This document shows, piece by piece, positions 8,232 to 16,044 of a stretch of DNA of 17,959 nt. The stretch spans positions 1-17,959 of the forward strand of contig JBHLPR010000046.1 in NCBI GenBank assembly GCA_048939245.1, written 5' to 3'. This stretch comes from Promethearchaeota archaeon (GTDB lineage Archaea; Asgardarchaeota; Hermodarchaeia; Hermodarchaeales; Hermodarchaeaceae). The first letter of the stretch is position 1. Every line of letters starts with the position of its first letter. The position numbers and the translations under genes are program-made. The notes under the pieces are model-generated. The model saw nothing but the letters and a program-made list of their open reading frames with translations. It searched no databases and was not told where the DNA came from.

Positions 8232-9158
8232 TCAAGGTCTTTTCCGTTTCCACAGGAAGAAAGCTGCTATTCCGACAACGACAATAACTGTAGTGATACC
8301 GACTACTATCAGAATTCCTCCCATGCCAGTGAATGGGTTGGGTGGAGGGCTATATGGTGACTCGTCGATGAGCCATTGAGTTACTTTTTCTAAGAGACTC
8401 CACTCTGAATCCGGGTCATCCAGGTAGTCATAGCGGGTAGTTCCATCCCTATCGCTGCCTTCTTCGAATTCTGGGTGTGGACCACAAATAAAGGTCGTGC
8501 CATGTCCATAGTGTGAAACGCACATGGCGACTTCATCATTTGCTGCATAGGACATGACGGGGATGATGTCATCTGAATTAGTTGGGAGGAAATAATGGGA
8601 GCCCCAATAAAGTACTTCATAGGTTGCTGGCTCTTCCGATAAATCAGGGCCCGTGGAGGCTTGGTTAACATTTAACTCAGCAAGTTGGATTCCTGCAGAA
8701 ATGCCGGGGATGGGATATACCCAGTACCCTTCACATAGGTTGAGGTTTCGCGTGGCAAACATCCCGCCACCACAAATGCCAAAGTAGGAGCCTCCATTCT
8801 CAACAAATTGTCGGATGAGTTGAATTCCCACATCACCAAGCATCGCCGTATAAGTGTCCGGAGATCCACCAGGAAACGCCAACAAATCAAGTGTATTTAA
8901 TATTCCATTGTGAATGCTCACATGGTCAACCCAGGTCACCGTCGACCCCATCCAGTCTAATAGGCTATACAGGGCGGTTGTGCAATCATCATCTGCACCA
9001 ACTCCGTTATACACACCGACTTGAATGTCTGCCAAATCCGTTTGTGCCTGTACACTTAGGTAATCAGGTGTAAGGGGGAGAAGTGAACTGATTAGGGCGA
9101 GACTGATTAGAATGTAAAGCGCCCCTCGAGCTAGTTTGTTGGAATAAATGCTTTTCAA
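8232..9158 (-). CDS. Secreted, C-terminally anchored BPL_N / class I glutamine amidotransferase-like hydrolase (paralog A)
   Basis: N-terminal hydrophobic signal, 'VGVYNGVG', 'FPGG', nucleophile elbow 'YFGICGG', 'GPHPEF' (Cys-His-Glu triad), C-terminal TM plus KRKRP. TTG start with SD GAGGAG. Confidence 0.82.
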   Translation of the reverse strand: MKSIYSNKLARGALYILISLALISSLLPLTPDYLSVQAQTDLADIQVGVYNGVGADDDCTTALYSLLDWMGSTVTWVDHVSIHNGILNTLDLLAFPGGSPDTYTAMLGDVGIQLIRQFVENGGSYFGICGGGMFATRNLNLCEGYWVYPIPGISAGIQLAELNVNQASTGPDLSEEPATYEVLYWGSHYFLPTNSDDIIPVMSYAANDEVAMCVSHYGHGTTFICGPHPEFEEGSDRDGTTRYDYLDDPDSEWSLLEKVTQWLIDESPYSPPPNPFTGMGGILIVVGITTVIVVVGIAAFFLWKRKRP

Positions 9159-9515
9159 TATTGTAGTCTCCTCTGTTATTCGCTGTTCGAGTCCTATTTG
9201 AACAAAACTTCACAGTTATAGGGGTTTGAACCGAAATAGCCTCAAATATCCTTGTTAGCCGGTAGGTTCGGAATTTCGTACAAACCTCACTAGTCATTGT
9301 TCTTTTTCGAACAAATTGGTGCGAAAACCGGAACGAAAGGTTCATTCAAAGAGAGAGGCCAAGTCCTCGAACATTTCTTCTTCAATAGATCAGATTACGA
9401 ACTGCTGCACAAGGATGATGTTGCGACGGAGTTATGTTGCCAACTCTCAATTTTTTCGAAAAATGGATAAAATACGCTTCATAAGAAGTACTCATCGCTT
9501 CAATTTGTGATTACC

Positions 9516-9815
9516 ATGAATGAGTTCAATTACTCTCAATATGATATTGCAACATATAGCAAAAAACTCCAATTATCATTAAAAACCCAAAAACGAACTA
9601 AAACAATTATCATGGATGCACAGCAAACGGGATTAACGACGCGGAAGACGCCAGAGAGTCTTATTGCCGCAGCAATATATATAGCGTGTATCTTAGAAGA
9701 TGAAAGACGAACGCAGAGGCAAATTAGTCAAGCTACTGGTGTTTCCCCTCACACGATTCAGATCCGTTATAAGCAGCTTGTGCATGACCTTAAGATTCAG
9801 TCAGCTTCCTCATAA
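9516..9815 (+). CDS. Stand-alone TFB/TFIIB C-terminal cyclin-repeat protein (99 aa)
   Basis: 'GLTTRKTPESLIAAAIYIACILEDERRTQRQISQATGVSPHTIQIRYKQL' matches the second cyclin repeat and HTH of TFB. No Zn ribbon or first repeat; in-frame TAA at 9468. ATG 9516 follows TGTGA (track start is GTG 9507). Confidence 0.82.
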   Translation: MNEFNYSQYDIATYSKKLQLSLKTQKRTKTIIMDAQQTGLTTRKTPESLIAAAIYIACILEDERRTQRQISQATGVSPHTIQIRYKQLVHDLKIQSASS

Positions 9816-9947
9816 GCAACGAATCGGCTTCTGAACAATCCTGAGTGTCTTCGTTATTTCTTTTATCCATTAGGCGTTTCGAAACGAATTTTATAGGCTA
9901 TTGATGATTTGAAATTCTCATCTTTATTATTTCAAGGAAGTGTAATT

Positions 9948-10361
9948 ATGGAATCGAAAAAGCTTGCCCGTTGGCTTAGTGTGGCATTGATTGCCTGGAG
10001 TTTTGCAAGTATTATCATTGGTATAGTGCTGCTTCTGGTTCCGATTAGTGTGATCCAGGGGATTGGGCTTCAAGCCTTGTTATGGGGATTCATTGATGTG
10101 CTGATAGCAGTGATTGGAGTGTTACGGAATAAGGAAATGCCTGGAGACAAGGTGGCGCGTTTTCTTCGGATTAATGTCTTCTTAGATATTGGATATATGG
10201 TGGTCGGAATACTGTTGATGGTCTTCTTGTGGATGGATCCCTTCATCCTTGGGAATGGGCTTGGAATCATTATACAAGGCGCATTCTTGTTTATGTTAGA
10301 TCTTTTCTTTTATCGTAGATTTATGACGCTAGATAAAGCCAGTAGCCCATTCCGAGTATGA
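9948..10361 (+). CDS. Small 4-TM membrane protein (resembles DUF6992-type proteins)
   Basis: Four hydrophobic segments with 'GLQALLWGFIDVLIA', 'INVFLDIGYM' and 'GNGLGIIIQGAFLFMLD'. ATG 9948 after GGAAGTG is preferred to TTG 9909. TATA-like TTTTATA at ~9889-9895. Confidence 0.7.
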   Translation: MESKKLARWLSVALIAWSFASIIIGIVLLLVPISVIQGIGLQALLWGFIDVLIAVIGVLRNKEMPGDKVARFLRINVFLDIGYMVVGILLMVFLWMDPFILGNGLGIIIQGAFLFMLDLFFYRRFMTLDKASSPFRV

Positions 10362-10478
10362 GTTGAATATCAGAGTTAATCAGAGGCAGGTGAGGGGAAG
10401 TGAAAAAAGCTTACGGACTCCTGATCTAAAGAAAATATCTATTTGTGATTCACAAACCAATTTACTCGGTTAATCCTA

Positions 10479-11249
10479 TCAATCCAGTTTCCAATCTTGT
10501 TTAATGTAATAATAGGGACCATAGGTTAATGGGTCAAGTTCATCAAGGACTTCTCCAGGGTGCATCCAGATTTCTATTCCTGTGCCATATCCTGCGAGGA
10601 GAATTTTTTTGACAGGTATCTCATGAATTGGATCATAGGGAGATTTTCCAAAGGTTAGGCGTCCTGTTCCAATTTCAGGTGTATTCCAGTGGAAGTCGTT
10701 TGGGCACCAGATAAGCAATGGTGGGTATTGAAATCCCTCAAAGGAAACGTTTGGGAACGCTTTGATGGTAAAAACGTCGGTTGATGGTAGCTCCTCTTTA
10801 TAGGGGCCTTCTAATTGGAGTGTAATTGTGATTATCCGTTTTCTCTGTCGGATACAGGTACCGGTCACATAGTTGCCCCGCTCTTCGATGGCGATAAGCT
10901 CAGCAAGTTTTTTAGGATACCCTTGGGCTTCTCGACCTCTACACATCGGCATATCCACTGTAACGGGCATCGAAATACAATATTTTCCAATCTTTCCTTG
11001 ATATTGAGCAGAGAGGAATACCCCTGCTTCATTATAAGGGGGACTGAAATTCGTTTTACCAAATTCGGCAACATAGACAAATCCGGTGGGTTGCGGTGTG
11101 GACTCTAAAGGTGGAGGCAACACTCGTTTGACGACTTCAGACTCGGTTAGAAAGGTGGCGAACACCATCTTGACGTCACCGATTATTAATCCTTCCTCGA
11201 AGTGTTTTCGTCGCTGCTTAAGTTCTTCAGAAGTCGGCACAAGTCCCAT
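10479..11249 (-). CDS. Acetoacetate decarboxylase family protein
   Basis: 'VLPPPLE', 'PYNEAGVF', 'GREAQGYPKK' (conserved GRExxGxPKK lysine motif), 'SPYDPIHEIPV'. The track's GTG at 11258 is part of SD GAGGTGA; ATG 11249 is the likelier start. Confidence 0.88.
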   Translation of the reverse strand: MGLVPTSEELKQRRKHFEEGLIIGDVKMVFATFLTESEVVKRVLPPPLESTPQPTGFVYVAEFGKTNFSPPYNEAGVFLSAQYQGKIGKYCISMPVTVDMPMCRGREAQGYPKKLAELIAIEERGNYVTGTCIRQRKRIITITLQLEGPYKEELPSTDVFTIKAFPNVSFEGFQYPPLLIWCPNDFHWNTPEIGTGRLTFGKSPYDPIHEIPVKKILLAGYGTGIEIWMHPGEVLDELDPLTYGPYYYIKQDWKLD

Positions 11250-11336
11250 CAGCTTCACCTCATCCTCATACGCTGATGTCAGGATATAAACGCTGTCACT
11301 ACAGCTTAAAACTAGAACATGGATACTAACCTGCGG

Positions 11337-11606
11337 TTACCAGTCATTTTTGCGAATACGTTTATCATGAAGAATAGCCCAGATGTAGCTTTGTCCACGA
11401 ACAAGACCATCAAGTTCTCCTGGCCCTGTTAAGGGAACATGATGATGGGCAGACATGATGTCTTTCCGAATGAGGGGGTACTTTGTACGGTTAGTAATTA
11501 GGGCATTCCCTTGAATCGTATATGTGAATTTCAACCTCTTTTTTGTGTAGAATACTTTCCCTTGGTTCAGGAGAATACGTTCCCACACTTCTGAGAATGG
11601 TATCAT
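11337..11606 (-). CDS. Small basic hypothetical protein (89 aa)
   Basis: Clean ORF with SD GGGTGGAG, co-oriented with the ADC-family gene. Protein-like C-terminus 'RGQSYIWAILHDKRI'. Confidence 0.7.
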   Translation of the reverse strand: MIPFSEVWERILLNQGKVFYTKKRLKFTYTIQGNALITNRTKYPLIRKDIMSAHHHVPLTGPGELDGLVRGQSYIWAILHDKRIRKNDW

Positions 11607-11677
11607 TTATTATCAAACTCCACCCTAACATTCTCCAATGCATTTATTATTTATCTTAGCTTCTCCATGATTCGTTT

Positions 11678-12487
11678 ATGAATCTAGTGAATCAGATGAT
11701 TAAAGATGGACGGCAATTCCTCAAGTCGTATAATTGGAACCGAGGACCAGACATTCAAAGTGATCAGCAGAAGGGGATTCCTCCACCTCCGTTTCAAAAA
11801 CCTTTTCCAGAAGATTCCCCACTCATCGATTTAATTGCACCCCAGAATTTTTCCATCACTCAAATCCCGTTACTCGACGCAATTAATCGACGAAAAAGTC
11901 GTCGGGGGTTTTTAGATGAACCTTTATCAATTGACGAACTATCTTTCCTTCTCTGGGTAACCCAGGGTGTTCATAAGGTAGCTATTGATAATCGACATGG
12001 AAAAATTAACACTACGAAACGTACGGTCCCTTCCGGAGGGTCGCGTCATCCATATGAAACTTACCTAGCTGTCTCAAATGTAACAAGCCTTCGTTCCGGC
12101 GTTTATCGGTATCTTGCCCTTGAACACAAGCTCTTATTGCAATTCCCAGCTGAACAAGACCTAGCAATACAGATTAGCAAAATGTGTCATAACCAAAATT
12201 TTGTCGCTCGTGCTGCAGTGGTGTTTATCTGGGCAGTAATTCCGTATCGGATTGAATGGCGATACAGTGTTGCAGCACATAAAGGAACCGCAATTGAAGC
12301 AGGACATATCTGCCAGAATCTATACTTGGCGTGTGAAGCAATTGGGTCCGGAACATGTGCCATCGCCGCCTACGATCAAGAAGCAGTTGACAGATTTCTC
12401 GGGCTAGATGGGGATGATGAGTTTGTTGTATACATCTCCCCGGTAGGAAAAATTCCTTCACAAAGTCGTTATACCCTATCGTGTTAA
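11678..12487 (+). CDS. SagB/ThcOx-family FMN-dependent dehydrogenase (nitroreductase fold)
   Basis: 'AINRRKSRR', 'LSIDELSFLLW..QG', 'RTVPSGGSRHPYE', 'EAGHICQNLYLACEAIG'. Confidence 0.92.
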   Translation: MNLVNQMIKDGRQFLKSYNWNRGPDIQSDQQKGIPPPPFQKPFPEDSPLIDLIAPQNFSITQIPLLDAINRRKSRRGFLDEPLSIDELSFLLWVTQGVHKVAIDNRHGKINTTKRTVPSGGSRHPYETYLAVSNVTSLRSGVYRYLALEHKLLLQFPAEQDLAIQISKMCHNQNFVARAAVVFIWAVIPYRIEWRYSVAAHKGTAIEAGHICQNLYLACEAIGSGTCAIAAYDQEAVDRFLGLDGDDEFVVYISPVGKIPSQSRYTLSC

Positions 12488-12559
12488 TCTTAGCCGGAAC
12501 CGATATACACTAATTATAGCAGATTTGAGTAATCATATTCCATGTGGATGTGATTTTCG

Positions 12560-12931
12560 ATGACTCGCGTTATTGATTTTGAACTTCCCGCTGATGATAC
12601 AGAAAGGATTGCAAAATTCTATCAAAACGTATTTGGCTGGAAGATAGAAAAATGGAAAGGCCCTGTGGATCACTGGTTTCTAATTACAGGTGATGATACA
12701 ATCCCTGGTATAAACGGATCCTTTGCCAAACGAGAAGATTTCCCAGAAAGCACCACTGTCAACGTAATTGGTGTCGATGATATCGAAAAATTCGTGCAAT
12801 TAATCAAAACTCATAAGGGTACCATTATTGGAGACAAAATTACAATTCCTGGCGTGGGATACTATGTATATTTCAAGGATACCGAAGGGAATCTCATGGG
12901 CATGATGCAATATGATTCAACCGCTAAATGA
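12560..12931 (+). CDS. VOC family (glyoxalase/bleomycin-resistance) protein
   Basis: 'FELPADD.ER..KFYQNVFGW', 'IPGVGYYVYFKDTEGNLMG'. SD GGATGTGA. Confidence 0.92.
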   Translation: MTRVIDFELPADDTERIAKFYQNVFGWKIEKWKGPVDHWFLITGDDTIPGINGSFAKREDFPESTTVNVIGVDDIEKFVQLIKTHKGTIIGDKITIPGVGYYVYFKDTEGNLMGMMQYDSTAK

Positions 12932-12954
12932 TTGTAGACTAACTGGGATGAAGT

Positions 12955-13530
12955 ATGGATCCTTTGTTGTTAGAGCTTCCTGAAGAATTGAAGACTAATC
13001 GACTACTTATCCGGAAATATCGCAAAGGCGACGGTAAAGCCCTCTATGCTTTACTAGAACGAAATAATAATCGCCAACATCTTTCTCCGAACGTTGAAGA
13101 AGTTGCCACCATCAAAAATACTAAGGCTGCAGAAATAAAGGTCCGCCAACATGTTGCAGAATGGGTGGCTCGGAAACGTTTTGTACTAGGCGTATGGCTA
13201 GAAAAGGCTGCGCTATATATTGGAGAGATTTGGATTGAACCCAATCAGTGGGAAGTCCCTTCCTTTGAGATAGGTTGGTTCCTTGATAATGGCTTTCAGG
13301 GAAAAGGATTCGCAACCGAAGCCACAAAACGTTCACTTTCATTCCTTTTCACCAATCTTCGTGCACACAAAGTGATTATAATCACCCGGGATACAAATCA
13401 GCGAAGCATTAAACTAGCTGAACGATTGGGGTTCAAACAGGAGGCTCATTTCCGTGAGGCCCGAATCGAGAAGGGAAAACGGTATGGTCTCATGTATTTT
13501 GGACTTTTAAGACCAGAGTTTTCGAATTAA
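12955..13530 (+). CDS. GNAT N-acetyltransferase, RimJ/RimL family
   Basis: 'LKTNRLLIR', 'EIGWFL...FQGKGFATEA', 'NQRSIKLAERLGFKQEAHFRE'. Confidence 0.92.
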   Translation: MDPLLLELPEELKTNRLLIRKYRKGDGKALYALLERNNNRQHLSPNVEEVATIKNTKAAEIKVRQHVAEWVARKRFVLGVWLEKAALYIGEIWIEPNQWEVPSFEIGWFLDNGFQGKGFATEATKRSLSFLFTNLRAHKVIIITRDTNQRSIKLAERLGFKQEAHFREARIEKGKRYGLMYFGLLRPEFSN

Positions 13531-13686
13531 ATGGGTTTGCATAACCTTTTCTGAATATGTTAGTTCACAAAAGATGCACTTTTCATATATCTCCTGATGA
13601 AATCCTTCATAACCGGTATCCAAGATAATAAATTCCACCGTCCACGATTCGAATAGTAATCAATCACTTATGAACGGTAGATAAGC

Positions 13687-14649
13687 GTGCCAATAAATTC
13701 AACGTGGACAAGAAAGAAAGGAAGCACTTTATTTTGTTTTCTCCTCCTAATGCTGCTTACCCCGCCAATCTTTCACCCAGAGCTTAGAAACTCCACAACA
13801 CAAGCGACATCTGATTTAACAGAGGCTAGAGTAGCCATCTATAACTGCGACCGATTAGATAATTTTAGTTTCACAGCATGTATTCATCTATTTGAATGGA
13901 TGAATGCCACAGTCGAATTAGTGACAGGGACAGAAATTCAGCAGGGCGTACTAAATGCCTTTGATTTACTGGTGTTGCCCGCTTTTGGACCTAGTTCCTA
14001 TGAAAGAGAATTAACCCCGGTGGGCAAGGAACGCATCCGTCAATTCTTGGCAATGGGTGGGTCACTCTTCACTATTTGCCGAGGAACCGAATTTGCTGTA
14101 ACCTGTTTAGGTATTATTGATGCCACCTTACATTATATCGGGTCAATCGGTGTTCAATGCCATGATACTCATAATGGTGAACTCGAATGTACGGAAATGA
14201 TTGTCAATCATGCTTCTACAGGTCCGGATTTATCAGAAGAACCCGACTCCTACATGGTCTTTACCACGGGAGCACAATATTTTGAAATCCATGGTCCTAC
14301 AGAAGTTATCCCTATCCTCTCCTATACGGAGACAGGCTTGCCAGGGGTAATTGTCTTCCGATATGGGCAAGGCACCGTAATGCTCTCTAGCCCCCATCCT
14401 GAATTTGAGGAAGGAGATAATCGGGACGGATTAAGTGCAGCTAATATTGTCCATTGGCCAACATACCAAGATCTTCAGGATCCGGATTCAGAGTGGGACC
14501 TCCTTAACAAGGTAGCCTATTGGCTTATAGACGCTTCTCCAGGAATTCCCGCAAATGTATTCTCGGGGCCCCTAATCTTAATTGGTGGTGCGTTTGCCCT
14601 TCTGTTTACCACAATCCTTATCCTGGAATTTCGAAAACGGCCCAAATAA
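13687..14649 (+). CDS. Secreted, C-terminally anchored BPL_N / GATase1-like hydrolase (paralog B)
   Basis: Signal-like N-terminus, 'RVAIYN', 'FTICRG' nucleophile elbow, 'SPHPEFEEG', C-terminal TM plus RKRPK. Shares STGPDLSEEP and DPDSEW with 8232..9158. Confidence 0.8.
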   Translation: MPINSTWTRKKGSTLFCFLLLMLLTPPIFHPELRNSTTQATSDLTEARVAIYNCDRLDNFSFTACIHLFEWMNATVELVTGTEIQQGVLNAFDLLVLPAFGPSSYERELTPVGKERIRQFLAMGGSLFTICRGTEFAVTCLGIIDATLHYIGSIGVQCHDTHNGELECTEMIVNHASTGPDLSEEPDSYMVFTTGAQYFEIHGPTEVIPILSYTETGLPGVIVFRYGQGTVMLSSPHPEFEEGDNRDGLSAANIVHWPTYQDLQDPDSEWDLLNKVAYWLIDASPGIPANVFSGPLILIGGAFALLFTTILILEFRKRPK

Positions 14650-14725
14650 GGTGATATCAGGCTAGTTCCAACGAATTCAAAAACCTAACAAGAAACTTAG
14701 TGAAACACTCTGAGTTGCTTTCATA

Positions 14726-15892
14726 ATGATTGACCGCCGAAGTTGGTTCATCGGACTGTTTCTCCTGAGCCTTTTCCCTTTCGCTATTAACTCAGAAGCT
14801 AGATTCCAGCCAAGCACCACAACCCTTCGAGATTATTGGCCCACAACCGGCTGGCGTAGCGTTTTACCTGAAGTCCAAGGAATGAATTCAACCTTACTGC
14901 ATGAGTTCTGGGATCATGTTCACACGACAGATGGAGTGGAAGCCTTTCTATTAATCCGCAATGGATATTTGCTTTTTGAAGAGTATGGTCCAAGCTCCAG
15001 TATCAACTACCTTTGGCGAATCTATTCAGCTACTAAAAGTGTCACTGCGATCGCCACTGGTCTTGCTCTAACTGCAGGGTTCGTTTCTCACGTTAACGAT
15101 TCCGTGCTCGAATATTTCCCGGATCGAATCATCCAGAATCCTGATCCCCGAAAATCGAACATGACCCTATGGCACTTATTGACTATGTCGTCTGGATTAG
15201 AGCGTAGTGATTTTGGTTTAGGTACACAGCCTGACTGGGTGCAATATCTTCTGGATTCACCCATGTCTCATGAGCCTGGAGAGGTCTGGAGCTATAATGG
15301 AGGCTGTAGTCATCTTCTCTCTGCTATCATTTCAGAAACCACAGAGTTATCAATGGAGACCCTGGTTCGAAATCGACTATTTATTCCTATGGGGATTTCC
15401 GTTTATGACTGGGGAGTTGATCCTCAAGGCGTAAGTACCGGAATGGCAGGACTAAGTTTGACTCTACGCGACTTGGCAAAACTAGGGTATCTGTATCTGA
15501 ATAATGGTACATGGGACGCATCAGAACTCATACCCCCTGAATGGGTCGCAGAGTGCACGCAACCTTACTTTATCTTTCCATATGGTGAAGGTTACGGCTA
15601 TCAATGGTGGATTGATCTTCCTATCAATGGTTATTCCATGCGCGGGGCAGGGGGCATGCGTGTTTTTGTTCTTCCTGACCAAGATCTCGTTTTAGCCTTC
15701 GGTGCTGCACCCTACGGATCTGAGGTATATTATGCCCTCTTTGATGAGTACATTAATCCGGCCATTATTGGTGATCCCCAGAGCCTTCTCACACCAACGA
15801 GCGAACAGCTACTCCTGGTTATAGTTGGTGGCTTGTCCATCGCTATCTTCATTGCCATCATGGTTGTATATCGGAGTCGAAAAATCCAGTAA
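14726..15892 (+). CDS. Serine hydrolase, beta-lactamase/AmpC-like (peptidase S12) family, secreted and C-terminally anchored
   Basis: SxxK = 'YSATKS', 'HLLTMSSGL', 'PGEVWSYN', 'RDLAKLGYLYLNNG.W', 'YGYQWW', 'RGAGG'. N-terminal signal and C-terminal TM plus RSRK. Confidence 0.9.
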   Translation: MIDRRSWFIGLFLLSLFPFAINSEARFQPSTTTLRDYWPTTGWRSVLPEVQGMNSTLLHEFWDHVHTTDGVEAFLLIRNGYLLFEEYGPSSSINYLWRIYSATKSVTAIATGLALTAGFVSHVNDSVLEYFPDRIIQNPDPRKSNMTLWHLLTMSSGLERSDFGLGTQPDWVQYLLDSPMSHEPGEVWSYNGGCSHLLSAIISETTELSMETLVRNRLFIPMGISVYDWGVDPQGVSTGMAGLSLTLRDLAKLGYLYLNNGTWDASELIPPEWVAECTQPYFIFPYGEGYGYQWWIDLPINGYSMRGAGGMRVFVLPDQDLVLAFGAAPYGSEVYYALFDEYINPAIIGDPQSLLTPTSEQLLLVIVGGLSIAIFIAIMVVYRSRKIQ

Positions 15893-16044
15893 TACGCTTC
15901 AGAGGGTGTTCAGTATCTCGGAATGATTTCGTGAAACCTTCCGATGTGCAAAAACCTTTTTCTGCCGCCTTCCTAAACCTTGATTGAAGCCAAGTGACAG
16001 ATTTCAAATAGTTCATCTCTGTCTTAATCGGAAGGTGACTAATT

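Noticed and set aside
9064-9510. ORFs 9064..9345 (-) and 9316..9510 (+)
   Set aside because: No recognisable motifs and no convincing SD. They cover a divergent promoter region, and neither resembles the missing N-terminal part of TFB.
466-13530. RiPP (azole-peptide) cluster from TldD/E + SagB + GNAT + small ORFs
   Set aside because: No YcaO cyclodehydratase, E1-like/RRE protein or Cys/Ser/Thr-rich precursor. The genes are ~8 kb apart, and stand-alone TldD/E and SagB-type nitroreductases are common in archaea.
8232-14649. Biotin-protein ligase call for the two paralogs
   Set aside because: Only the GATase1-like BPL_N domain is present, with no ligase catalytic domain, and both proteins appear exported.
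14726-15892. Antibiotic-resistance beta-lactamase
   Set aside because: The motifs only place it in the broad S12/AmpC-like serine hydrolase family; a peptidase or esterase is more likely.
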